This document shows positions 19,301 through 34,346 of a DNA stretch of 64,000 nt, piece by piece. Position 1 is the first letter of the stretch; the number at the start of each line of letters is the position of its first letter. Both the position numbers and the translations under genes were made by a program. This DNA is from Balanoglossus misakiensis (Eukaryota; Animalia; Hemichordata), in the NCBI GenBank assembly GCA_040954595.2, contig CM082580.2, forward strand, positions 14,646,389 through 14,710,388, read 5' to 3'. Under the pieces are notes generated by a model that worked only from the letters and a program-made list of their open reading frames with translations, searched no databases and was not told where the DNA came from.

Positions 19301-22300
19301 CCATCTGATGTAGAGAGTCTTATTTTCTTCCCACTTGGTTTTGGTGGCTGTGCTGTTGCCTTGGAAACCTCCCCTCCTTCAGCTCCTTTCTTTGTATCCA
19401 GTTGCCTTGGTGACATGGGATCTTTCTTTGCTTTCTGGTTTTGTTTCTTCTTCCATTCGTCTTCCTGTTTCCGCTTTTCTTCCTCCAGTGTTGCCCGTCT
19501 CTGCTGCAAAGCTGCATGCGATTCCACCCGTTCTTTGATCTCTTTCTCCTTTTCACTCATGGTCAGTTCTTCCTTGTGAAATGTCTTGCTCTGGTGAAAG
19601 GCAAAGATAGAACAAAATACAACATTAGGCTTGTTCATTTATTTTAAATGTCATTTAAGATCACATTTAATGATTTTATATCTGGATTAACTATGGACCC
19701 TTCTCTTAAAATCCATACTGTTCAAGCATATGAACACTAAATGTGAGTAATATGTTTCTGATTTCAAAACATACGACAACAAAATTTTCAGCACAATTTT
19801 TGCTGTAAATAGGATAAAAGAATAAGATTTTTGTTACCTCTGGCAATGCTACAACAAACATTCAGCAAAGAAAGTATGATATATTCCCTTTTGTTTACTG
19901 TGAACAACATGGTGAAACAGCTGACTTCAGATGCATTACCTTGTGTCCGGTCAGAATCATCTTTGTTGGTGACTGTTCCATTGGACTCCTGGGACTTGCT
20001 GGACCAGGAGAGAGAACTTTCCTCCGTGGACTTGTTGGGCCAGATGAGGAGTCTATCTTCCTGGGACTTGTTGGACCAACGGCAGCCTCTGGAGTAAATG
20101 GTCTTTCAGGTGGCTGCATTCCAGCCAAAGTGATAGGTTTGTATTCTTCTTCTTTTCTGGCAGTCTGGTTGAAAATTACATATGATATAAATTCATGATT
20201 GAAACAATTTTTTTTTATAAACGAACATTTATTGGTATCCATGAATCAATGTTAAGGGTTGTGGATCATGCAATGATAAGGTTGGGGATTTTCTTCAGGG
20301 TAGCCAAACTACAAACAATTATTTTACATGTATATTTTTCCAATTCATCATTGTCGACAATGCCCATTTTGCCATCTATATTGACAGTGGCCAAAGTACT
20401 GTACAGAAAAACAAATACCAAATCCATAAGGATAAGCTTTGTCATACTTGTCATCAAGCTTTTAGCCCATGCTTATATATGGTAGCTTTTACTTTTAGTT
20501 TTAGCCTGTATATTGGGCCTGAGTAATGGGTCCGTCTATCTACATGTATATATCTATCACTATCAATCAGTCAGTATATGTTGCTTGCCTGTGACCAGAC
20601 TATTGTTCCATATGATCAGAAAGACAAAAAGTAATGCACCAAAGTTCTTCTGGTTAATTTTGGAGGTGACTGTGACCCACGGGAAATATTTCATGAACCA
20701 AGTTTGATGTGTCTTGATGTGACTGATTTTATTTTTCACAGTTTTATTTTGGGGTACAAGGTCTTTTATTAGTACCAATGCTTTTTTTCTCTCTTGGCTT
20801 AGTAGCTACTACTTACCATTCTGAGGATTGAGTCAGCCACACTTTGCACCAATCTTTCACTGCCAAATTCACCAGGGAAATGTTTCTGTACAAGGTTAGT
20901 TCCAATCTCGTACGCGTTGCTGTTCATACTGGGATCAGATTCATATTGAAACCAGTAACACATCTCCTTGATGCTCTTACCACCCCACATTAGCTCCACT
21001 GGAAGACTGAAATACCATTTTATAAATCAATCTGTTAGGATCTGGTGGCATTTCATTTCCATGTCAGCCAATTAAAACACCTGGCTAAATTACCGGTAGC
21101 AAATAAAAAGACATCCCAGCCAAAAAGGTGCATTTTTACAGGAGATGTTAGATTTACCTTTTATCAAAACTGACTAGTGCTTTGATCTTGATATACTATA
21201 ATTTAATTACCTCTCTGGCAGGTTATCATACTCTTTTCCTTCCCAGTAATGTTTAAATCCACAGTTACATTTGGTGTCGGGAGCTGGCGTTTTTGTCCTG
21301 TCACCGTTGATGTACACAATAGATCCATCCCCTCTCACTCTACGTACTGAGTTGCTATAATGGAAGTGACATGCAATCAAGCCAGCAGATTCTCAAAACA
21401 TGACATGAAATGCGGGTGTTTTTTTTTTTCAATTTAACATGAAAAATTCAAAATCTTCATCACTCATTGAGACTATTTTGTCATGTGCATGGTCTAAAAT
21501 TATTGTTGCAAATAGTGAATGGAACACAAGAGTCATATTGTCAGTTATGTGGAGGATGTCATACTGTGGCGTGGGATTGTGATGTAATATTCTTATGATG
21601 TATGAAAATTTTCCCTTTGTGTCAACTGCATTTTCTTATTCTACTCCTTCAAAGCATGTTGACAAGCCTATAACCATTATGTATCACTCACCCCTGACAC
21701 AATGTACACTGTGAGATACCAGTGCTGTCCACATCTGGTATTAATTCATCTTTCTCTGGGTCATAGGAGCACACAAAACCTGCAAAAAGTAAATATTTTG
21801 TTAAACATATTCTAACCACTGCAATTATGTTCATTGCAACAAAAATACACCAAATTCTGTCATACCATTGGGAATTATGAAAGCACCTCAAGATTCACAT
21901 ACTCATGGAAAATCCTATAAAACACCAATCTGGTTCTCAAATTACTAAGCTCAATACATAAACCCGGTACTACTTTTTACGGACTATCTTTGTGGTTAAT
22001 GAACCCGAAAGTGAATCACAGGTCTAACAACAAATGAATCTGTCATTGCACACAATTCAAATCTAGGTAAATTGTAAAATCAATGCAACAACTCTGACAA
22101 TGTGTCAAGATTTCCCATCTCTAGAGTCCTTACCGTGTACAGGGAATGAATACTTCTTTGTGGGCTGCAGTTTACCATGTGTGTTTTCAGCCAGTGTGTA
22201 CAACATGCCACCTTTGGCAAACCAGTCAGCAGGGATGTTAAACTCAGTGACTGCATCACAGGTCAGGCATCGATATAGCCTCCCATCATGCACTGCTTTG

Positions 22301-24559
22301 TGAGCTGCCTCAACCACTTCTTCTGGAAGTACTCCCACAATACCTAAAAATTTCACAAAGTTCTTCAGGTTCACAGACTTCACTTGAAGTTAGTTTTAGA
22401 CACATGCAAAGGTGAATTTTCATTCCACACACTCACAAGTTGCTGAACATGACTAAACTCTTTTCAAATATTTGTCACAATGACACCATCCCTGATCACA
22501 TTGATGCTGAACATTTATGAACAGCTAATCAGAAAGTACACTACAGTACAGTTATGTGAGGAACTTCAATGCTAACCAGATCTCTTGAAGACATATTGAT
22601 GCATATCTGCCACCAATGCAGGATGAACTTCAAATTTCTCTGTGAAAACTTCTTCCATTGCATTGGCAAGTCTTTGAATATATTTGTCCTATGAACATAC
22701 AAAAAATAAACCTTTGTTAATGATTCTAACTCATCACATGTACCGGAGGTACTTCCATTATTTATTTCAAAAAGGGCATGTTAGTGTTTACTTATGTCAC
22801 TGTGGTCAAACTGCAGGTGTCTCTCATGTGTTACCTTTGCCTAAAAGCTACATAGCTATTTCCCATCAGAATGAACCTTGGACCATAACTGTTGTATCAT
22901 AAAACCAACACAAAAGGTTTTGGACCATAGTTTAATCCAACTCCATTTTTTTCAATGGCAATTTTGGACCCCTTTTAAGGGAATGGTGGTGAAAGGGTTA
23001 AAGCAACAAAATTGGGCACTACACAACCAACCATTCATGGAACTGACTCACCCCAAGTGTCCTATCTCCACCAATGGTGCATACATCATCAACATCAAAT
23101 TCAATATACTGGTTAATATGTTCCTGTGGCATGCCCCAGGCTTTGGACATCATCCATCGAGGTATTCTGGGTAATGGGGCACCTACATCGAAACAGAAAA
23201 CAAAATCTGAGTCTGTGTCATTGATAAGACATTAAGGGATATGGATGGAAATACAATCTGTGATTGGATGAGCACATACACAGAAGACAGTGACACAGGA
23301 TGATCCAATAAGATCCCAGTGGTATAATGGGAGGTAAAAATCTTATGGAATACTGACCTTTGACTCCTACCAATGGAATATAGTGGTTTCTTCCAGAACT
23401 ACTCCAAGCAATACACAAAGGTTTGTTCAGCTTTCCATCTTTACCTCTGCATTTCTCAACTGGTACCAAAGCTGGCAAAAATACACCTTGAAAAGACATA
23501 AATATTCTCATTTTCACAATTCAAATATGTTTATGGAATAACACTTTAAAAGGAAAAACTAAACTTTGTGTAATCCCTGAAATTAATTTTTTGGAACGCT
23601 GAAAAAGATTGTGCTCTCTTGTCATGTAAACATGAATATATGAGCTATCATTATCAAAAAATGATTCTGATCTGAGTGGAATATACAGTATTATACCAAC
23701 CTGAATAATCCGCTAAACTTTGTAGACCACTGAGTGAATCCAGCAGAATGATAGGCCGATGCAAGACATTAGCCAAGCCAAAGATATGAATGTTACGCAA
23801 TCCCAAGGCTTCGCCATCGTAAGGAATGAATTCTGGATCACATTCATCAATAATTGTGCTCCATTCGTTAGTATCAATGAAATCCATGAATAAGGCCTTG
23901 TACTTGTCCAAGTTAGACTTAAAGTGGTTTTGTAAATTAACCCTCAGTGCATGCCAGAATAGCTCACGTCCAACCAAAGCCCTTGATACTGCATGAACAA
24001 GGCAATGTCCATCACCATCTGCATGAAGTGGTATTAGCAACTCCCCCTTGTATTTGTTGAAGCGGTATATCATTTCAATAGTGTCGTGCAGGTATTTGAC
24101 ACTTCCTGTTTGATCACGTCCGTATCCCATGACATTTATATGCTCGGGGTTGATCTGAAATGCTCTGTCACCAAGTATGGAACAATCAAAAGTGTCACCC
24201 TGATTGAGACTTCTCAGTGGCTGGGCTTTTCCAGCTTTGTCCATTCCGTAGCTTGTCAATAGTGGACCAAGTAATTTACACTGATAGTTTGACAGTCCTA
24301 GAACTTTTACAGAGTCTGTCCCTTTCTTTGGAACAACATTGCCAAGTAAAACATTACGGACCATATTGTGCAGCGCTACTTCTGGGTCTGTCACTTGCTC
24401 TACATTTGTAATGGTTGATTTCTCATGCCTCTGACCACAGTTAGTGCATTCTATGCTTGTGTCCCAGGCAGGAAAGAATAGCTTGGTTTTGCACTGTTCG
24501 TCTGGGCAAAATCCACTGAGGACCCGGTAGGGCTCACGACTCTTTGATCTGGACAGCAT
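16351..24559 (-). CDS. VCPIP1: Deubiquitinating protein VCPIP1/VCIP135 (OTU + ubiquitin/UBX-like domain), ~1295 aa, 14 coding exons
   Basis: Exons (minus) 24559-23701, 23486-23358, 23182-23052, 22688-22577, 22343-22134, 21779-21692, 21354-21211, 21006-20817, 20164-19940, 19590-19294, 19077-18861, 18211-18062, 17841-17654, 17298-16351; phases consistent. OTU catalytic motifs DGDGHCLVHAVSRALVGRELFWHALR and SSSGRNHYIPL; N-terminal SGFCPD..C...LFFPA...IECTNCGQRHE; UBX-like QKLKYGFPP; C-terminus ...MDDS. Confidence 0.95.
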
Positions 24560-25756
24560 CCTTCGATGTTTATACCTGCAATTTCATAAATGAAAACACT
24601 GGTCAATTTTAATATTTGAAAAGAATGGGGAGATAACTAACAACACAATAGCTATGTCCAACATATCTTAGAAACCCATATTTACTCAAAAAATGGGCAA
24701 ATATTTAGGGATTACAAGTCAAAATTTGAGATATTTTCAGGTCGTGACTTGTTTACCATTGTTCTGTTGTATGTTAAGATTTTTAAACCCATATGTAGGG
24801 TTATTTTTCAAGGTGAAAATTCGACCCATCTTTAGGGATTTTTTAGTGAAAAAGTGGCCCCATCCAGATGGCATATAGGAACAAGTTGCTTTACTGACTT
24901 ACTGCTATGTATTTTGGTACATCAGAAGGTCAGAAGGTAACAATCATACATGATTCATGGTTTCCAACTTCACTGCACCATATTAGAAAATGAAAGCATG
25001 CAACATTTATATGATTTCAAGCTTCTGGAATACACTTTTTCAAGTCTGTAAATTTACTAACAGTGTTTGGCAGAATAATAGAAAATAGTATAAAAATATT
25101 TGCAATAGCAATTACACTTACTGTACAGGTAATTATGTGTTGATTTGAAAAAATAACTATTTTTTCTTTCTGTCGCAACAACTCAAGAAATCTACGATCA
25201 GGTGCAGACATATAGTATGCCTGGTGGTGCTTGATATTACTTACTCCTAACCCTACCCTAGTGTAAATCATACTAGTTTCGTTATTAATTTCTCAATCTC
25301 AATCCCTAACCCTACTAAAGGTGCACTTTTATTTAATTTCTATTTCAGGAGCCTGAGTTCAGTTTTATAAAGGGGGCTTAGAAGCTGCTCAGCGCTAACA
25401 TTTGAATTGTGTAACTTTCAAAATTAATTTTGAAACCAACAATCTGAGAATACTATTTACTTTCATTTCAATCAATTTTATATAAATGATGATAAAAGAA
25501 ATCGACGGCAGAATACCACAGGGCTGAGATGACACGTACGTGCACTCATCACTACACGCATCATTTTGCACTCTGTGCAGCACTATAAGCTTCTGCATCA
25601 GTTCTGGATGCATGTATTATGGACAGTGATGTCAGCCATCATATGCACGATCGCATTGCAAACCCACCTTTACAAAACCCATTCAAGCAGTATATTATTA
25701 GTACGCGCCCAAATCATACAAAGTGGTCATCACTGTGTCGTTTTGAAAGCCATTAC

Positions 25757-26328
25757 CTTCCTCCGCTTAAAACCAAGTGCATAAAGTTTCCAGTTCGCTC
25801 TCCTTTCGTGTTGTCAATGTTATCAGTTCAAACACGGAAGTGACAACATATATCCACGTCTGAGTTTTGTTTACAAAGGTGTGGGCGTGTCGCGTGTATT
25901 GATTGGTCATTTTATTGTTCTAGCTTTCGGCATTACCATCTGAAAGACTGGAATAGTGACCATTTTTTCCCTAAAGTAGATACCCATCAATGTTTTCTTT
26001 CTTCGAAACAGAGATAGATCATGCGGCATAACTGTGTGTGTGTTATGAATTATTCAGTGTCAGTCGTGTCCTCATTTCACATTGTCCAATCACAAAGTAC
26101 CTTATAAAATTTGTGGATGCAGTCAACCTAGGGTCAAAGGCTAAACTAGGACATTGAATGTTTTTATCCTAGAGAAAATATCGCTTGTTTCTCCTTAAAA
26201 CGCTACAGATTTTTTTTTTCAAAAATTTTCACGAGCTTTATTACAAAATTTCTGTCCGAAAATATTTATACATTGTATGTTGCATATTTGAAACACTTAT
26301 AATTATGCGCATGTGCGAAATCTAGATC
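25757..26328. promoter_or_regulatory. Bidirectional promoter VCPIP1 (-) / PPP1R2 (+), including probable VCPIP1 non-coding exon 1
   Basis: Minus-strand donor GAAG|GTAATG at 25757/25756, paired with the acceptor at 24576; ETS CGGAAGTG ~25835, GT/GC-box GTGGGCGTGTC ~25881, inverted CCAAT ~25902, NRF1-like TGCGCATGTGC 26306-26316. Confidence 0.65.
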
Positions 26329-28473
26329 ATGGCGGAGAAGCAAGTGAAAGGAATTCTCAAAAATGCCAAATATTCTGAGCAACCACCCACTAAACCGACG
26401 GAAACCGAGTAAGTTGAGTTTATATTAGTTTGTCTGGATGTCAAATTTAGTATCACATTATTTCCGGCTTGTATAGCAGCGCAGAAAAATGGCATACGTC
26501 ATTCGGTGATGATGGATGCTTCAACTGCATGCTGCAGTACGGTGCAATGTGTGTGTGTGTATACACGTACAGTACACAGTCCACACTGCACCGTGACTAC
26601 CTTGACAGTGAAGTCTCGTGACAGTGAGAAGAACTTAACCCACAGGGTAACTCCATCTCAACAAAAGTCTCTTGTAAACAGTGATCGCATGCTATGTTCA
26701 CGGAACAATACAGAAATGTTGGCGGTTTTTAACCTCAGAACAAATGTCAACACCGATTTCATTCCAGACTCCATTAGTGTGTCTACATCGATCAATGAAC
26801 TTTCATGGTTTGTTTGTTTGTTTACAATTATATTTTAATTTTTATTGCGTTATCACTTTTGCTCAGAAACAGTGACCATTTAACCGTACCAGTTTTATAG
26901 CATTATAGTATACACAGTTTAATTTTGATACAGGAACATTTCTTTAAAAGCAAAATTAGACAGAAAAGAGTTCAGACCTACCGGGTAGCTGCAATGGTTG
27001 TAGCGGGCGCTGCTGGATTGACTGGTCAACCCAGCACCCGCTACAATCATTGCAGCTGGTTCAGCCCCTACTTCATTAACTAATCCAAGCTCTCAACTTA
27101 GAACTTCAGTCTTTAGTGCATGTTAAAGCTGTAGGTTCATCAAGTTTAAATGTTCTTATATTGCCAAGAATTATGATTTAGCACAAGTGAAAACTCCTGC
27201 TGAAATAGGGCAACCACTGCAGACTCGGTTTATAATTTCTTTGTTTGTTTCTCTCTCTCTCTCTCTCTCTCCATCACCCTTCTGTGCCATAATCACCTGT
27301 GGCACAATGCTACAGAGATGGTGTTAAATGGGACGAAATGAACATAATAGCAACTCACCATCCCCCGGATAAAGACTATGGTCATATGAAGATCAATGAA
27401 CCTAACACACCGTACAATGCAATGATAGAGCCAGATGACGATGAGGATGAAAATCCTATTGACCATGAAGATTTGACAACAAAGTATGTATTAACATTTA
27501 TAAAAATGTGTCTAAGCCAGATACTAAATAGATTGAAAACATTATTCAGTTTTCAAAGGAATTGGCTTTGATTGTTTTTGTGTCTTTTTTATCAGACTGG
27601 AAGCCAAAGGTGATAAAAAATGGTGGGAAAAGGGAGAAGGTGAGGAAGAAAGCAGTGGGGAAGAAGAGGTTGAATTGACAGAGGAACAGAAAGGTGAGTC
27701 ATAGGGTAGGATGAGGGTGGGTTGAGTTCAGTTAGGCATAGGCAAAGTTGTCATTTGGGTTGGATTGGACCTAGTCTGAAGGAAATCCGGATGGTTTGGT
27801 TTGGTTTGGTTTCTTGCAACCATTTTTTGTATGCAACTGTGCTACAAACATGATTCAACTATGGGACAGGCCCCTGTGATACATGCTCACAATTACACAT
27901 TTTATGGCTTCATATTAATGGAGCGTACAGGAAATGTTTCTCTTTAAACTGATTATTTTTTTTTCCTGCATATTACATCCACTAAAGGAGGTTGAATGAT
28001 TCCACTACCTCTTGGGGTCACTGTCCGTAGCAGTCAGACTGTCTAGTTTGGCAGGGGAGCATATCTTTGAAAGCATAGTTGTAAGTGTACATGGCAGTGA
28101 GGGTGGTCTCAGATTTCCGTGAAGACAGTCAGATATCATAATTAGGAGACCGCCGTCACCTGCATGTACTCTGCAAGGAAGGAAACCTGCAGTCAACCAC
28201 CAAGGTGGGTGAACTGAATTCGGTATTGTGTTTACATTTACAGAAGAGAGGGAGAAATTTGAACTGAAAAGGAAACAGCACTACAATGAATTTTCCAACA
28301 TGAAACTAGCTAAAAAGCTCATTGAACAAGAACTTCAAGACTTGGAGGATTCTGATGAGGAAGACGAGGCGGAAGAAACCAAAGCCAGCACAAGTATGCA
28401 GCTGGAATCAGATGCAGTTGAGGAATCAAGAACAAGGCAAGAGGGTGACAATGCAGATGAAATTCAACTCTAA
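26329..28473 (+). CDS. PPP1R2: Protein phosphatase 1 inhibitor-2, ~191 aa, 4 coding exons
   Basis: Exons 26329-26408, 27316-27483, 27596-27693, 28244-28473. SILK motif [37 protein letters not shown] (PxTP site), [11 protein letters not shown], acidic tail. Confidence 0.95.
26987..27057. repeat. 71-nt near-perfect inverted repeat/hairpin in PPP1R2 intron 1
   Basis: agctgcaatggttgtagcggg-cgc-tgctggattgac / gtcaacccagcacccgctacaatcattgcagct. Confidence 0.85.
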
Positions 28474-31400
28474 TTTATAAAGACAAATGCAAACAGAAAG
28501 GATTGTTTTATTTACTATCATGTATTTTTGGTCAACCAGAGATGCACTAAGTGGAAGCAATAACCTGTGTGGCAGATCTTGAGAAAATGTTGTGAATATG
28601 CCTAAACGGTTTCTTCACAATTTATATACAACTCTATTTTTTGGGGTACTATATTGTTGCTACAGTTATGCTATTTGATATTGATCATCTAGCTGTGTCT
28701 AAGACTTTGAAGGTTGCTGAAGGCATGATTTTTCCATCATTCATGATACTAATAACTCACTGGGACAGTATTCTTGGCCGACACATTTTCATATTTGTAA
28801 AATTTGCCAGCTGATGCCTCACAATCCCAGTAAAATTGCAATGCTCCATGATTGTAGCACCATGGATGAGATATATATATATATGTACAGGTGTATATAT
28901 ATCTACTTGAAAAAGAAGAAGAAAACTTGCCACTACTTGAAGTTGACTGCTTGCCATTCTTTAAAAAAATGTGACAACTAGTTTGTGCTACAGAATTGAC
29001 CCTCAGATTTCATGTCAGTTGTCCCATGCTTGCTATGCAGACAACTCTCCACTTATCCATGCAGCATAGATTATTTTGTGTAACTCAGTAACAGTGCGAC
29101 TTAGCTTACTGCTACATCATAGTTGCTTGAACCATCCAGACTTTTTGCCATATAAAACAAGCAAACATGTATGGTATATCATTTTTGTTGACAAAGATAG
29201 ATTTACATCCACACCCAAGTTTATTCCAACCATGAGGCATATCACATTCTGACAGGCTTATAGATACTAGGGCAAACACTGGCCAGTTAAGATACATACA
29301 GTTTCAGTTTAAGTAGAAATTACTAATCCAACATAGTTTACTTGATAAGATGCTGAAAAGATCCAAAGTTGAAATCATCAAGTGATACAGCCAGTTTCAG
29401 TAAGATTGTTTCCATGGTAATGCAACAGTAACACAGTTTTCTAATATTTTCCATTGTATAAAAGTTAAATAGTATTTTCTCAATACCAAACAGGTAAATT
29501 TTATCCATTGAACTGTCTAGATACAAGTGTTAACCTTATCAGTGTTCTATTTATGAAATACAACTTTTCCACGTAGAATTTATCACATATATGTGTACTG
29601 TTCATATAAATCATGTACTATCTTTTATCCAATCCCTGTCTTCATAGACGGTGGAAATGGGAAAAAAATATCAGCTTTGAAACTGCAATGACTGTTCTCA
29701 GTGTAGCAATGAATTTTCCAGAAACATGGAAGCAGTTTGAAATCAGTGTCTATTGCTGAAAAGTGAGTACTGCCAAGGTCATATTTTCAGTCTTGCTTTC
29801 AAGATCTAGAAACAAGTCAAGTTTTGCCCATAGAGTTAGCATAGAGTTTAGAGTTGTTTTTTGTAAATCTTGGAAAATTGGGCCCTACAATCTACAAGCT
29901 AGAACAATAGATTTTGCCTTCTTTATTTCAAAAATAGTATAAACATTAATTCTTTTGAGTAAATAATAAACTGAAAGTTTATCCATATTTTTAAGTACAT
30001 GTATGTTACAAGATCCTAAGTAACACCAAGCTTCAAACATAACTGTTGAACTGTTTTGGGAAAGACACCAAACCCTGCTGTGTCAGAACTTTGGTAACGA
30101 GCATGTACCTACAGCAAATTTGTCTGCAAGGAATTATTATTTCTACTTCCTTGAAATAAAGAAATTAATACATTTGGAATCTAAACAATCACTTCATTAC
30201 CTTTAAGGCCCTTATCAAAATTTGACCTCTGATATTAATGGTACACTGTATCTTCAAAACATAGCAAAAATAATATTGTGTTTCCATCCATTGCATGCTA
30301 GATGAATTGAGTTATTGGGATTTCTTGTAGAATGATGACCCCAGTCAGGATTTTAGCCAAATTTGCTGAGAGAATCATTGCCCATTAGCGAAGATTTTTA
30401 AGTAATAATATTTTGCTTTGCTGAATGTAAAATAATGTTGTATGTTAGCAACGGTTTTGCTTGTTACAAGACAGTGATGAAATCTCAAGTTCTTGCCACA
30501 CACCATGAAAGCAGATGAACTTATTTGTGTTCATTACACTGGTCACCATTTGGAGACCATGAAAAACATGCATGTTCTGGCTTGACATTCACAAAAGTTA
30601 GTTTTCAACATGTCTAGATATCTTTGAAATGAATATTTTTAAATGTTTGCGAACAGTAATCTATAGAAATGTGTCACTGGTCAGAACCAGTATGTGAACT
30701 GTGCCCAGCTTAAAAGGTCTGATAGTTGCATGTAGATATTGAGATCACTGTACTGCCAGTTTCCCTGCAGAGTATCATTCTGAGTGAATTTTAGTCGAAA
30801 TGATTACTGTAGACATTAGGGTTTGATAAATTTAGAGTGAGCTGTTTTTAAATCTTTCCAAGTTAACTGTGTATTACCACATTTAATGGCAAATTTGATG
30901 TAAATGCTTTATGTTTATATATTTAAGATATTTCTATTTGTTTTTTGTGTGTACAAATTGAATGATTGTATATTTACCAATAAAGTTTTGACGGGGCAGA
31001 ACTATTTCAGGTAGCCTGGGGTCCCCTCCCATCTGTTGGATTCATTTTGTGCCAGCTTATTCTTGTTCATGTACAGTGTAATTGTATAAATTGTGATACA
31101 TTTTGTATTGTTACTGTGATTTTTATGGCATTTTGTCAATGAGTTCATTTCATCTAGAGGTGGACAGGTCTGGATTATAATATTTTCATAAGGAAGTAGA
31201 AGATGTGGTATTATGTTTTGTAAAACAAAGTGGCTTTGTAAAAAAATGTACTACTGTCCGTGGGATATGATACAAACATACCCATACACCCTCCGATGAA
31301 TTCTAGCTTTGTATTCTCACAGTATTCCATGCCCCCTTTTTGCCTTGCTCTAACCACAGTCCCTCTATTACAGTGCTCTAACAAATTATATGTTTCAGTC

Positions 31401-32186
31401 ACAGTGCAGTGAAATAATGACGTCAAGAACAGAGGCAAATCAAAAATAGATCAAATCTGTACACTGATCTGATGTTTTGTTATTTGCTCCCTCAGTTTTA
31501 CTGATCAAATCTATAAAATGGTGGGTGCTGTACGGTGATAATTTGAAGTTAAAGACACATCCCATATACATTCATGCCCTGCATTCTTGCCCATTAAAAT
31601 GCACTCTGTTGTAACATTTCTAATTTTCATCAGATTCCCAAAGCTTGTCATTTTCACTGAAATGTGGCATGTTGCGTTTGTATGTTCTTCCCATTTCCTC
31701 ATTATCTTTTGTTTTTGATGCTTAATTTCTACAATAATAATTTGTCACCAAGTGATACAAATGTCCAATAAAACGTGTGTTATTTTACCAGGAAAGAGTG
31801 CTGTATGAGGTTTTCATTGAGGACAAAAAACATAGTATAGAAATGGGGGTTAAAATGCTACTAGGTGAATTACATACCCAGGGATCACCATTTGTATGCC
31901 CAAGAAGTTTTGTAAGGAAATAACCTTTTCAACAACCCAGAGCTAGAGCTCTAATACAGTCATACACCTGAACATATCCTCCGTACCCTAACTGATGTGT
32001 AAGAAATGTCAAGGGATATTTTTTCCTGATATCAATACATGTACATGTACATTGTACAAGATCACTGTTAAATAAAGTAACGGGCGCAGCGTACAGTCAC
32101 AAAAACGAATGTAATGGACGATCAAGAACACTGGGTGGCGCTATTTTATGCCAACCATTCGATATCGCACTCCGCGAAGTAGACGG

Positions 32187-32197
32187 TCTTTTCCCTT
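32187..32197 (+). promoter_or_regulatory. TCT/5'TOP polypyrimidine initiator of RPL12
   Basis: tcttttccctt about 115 nt upstream of the RPL12 ATG, typical of ribosomal protein genes; YY1-like AATATGGCGGCC in intron 1 (32415-32426). Confidence 0.75.
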
Positions 32198-32306
32198 AGT
32201 GGTGATACGGTGTAAAGTGCAACTCCTTGGTCGTGTCCAATATCGGACTCATCCACACTTTCACCGAATTAATTCAGCAAAATAAACTCCATAGACATAA
32301 ACAGCA

Positions 32307-34062
<1,756 letters not shown>

Positions 34063-34105
34063 ATGGTAAGAAAAGAAGAAAAAAATAATGCATTAAAATG
34101 CTCTC

Positions 34106-34111
34106 AATAAA
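34106..34111 (+). terminator. RPL12 polyadenylation signal AATAAA
   Basis: About 45 nt after the stop codon, followed by T/GT-rich downstream sequence. Confidence 0.75.
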
Positions 34112-34346
34112 AAATGAAAAAGCTGAATACTTTTGATTGTTTATTTATTGGAGTGAGAATGGCTTTATGATTATAGTCAGGGTTGGCGCTAGACTTTGCA
34201 GTTTTTACGTGCAGTGCATGCAATGGGTATAATTTATTTATGTGCAGCCCCACTTTCTTTGAGTACACATAGTAAGAGACCTGAAACCCTCACAGTACAA
34301 GTAGAATTGCCTCATTTCATGACCTGATGATGACCCATACTGTTAA

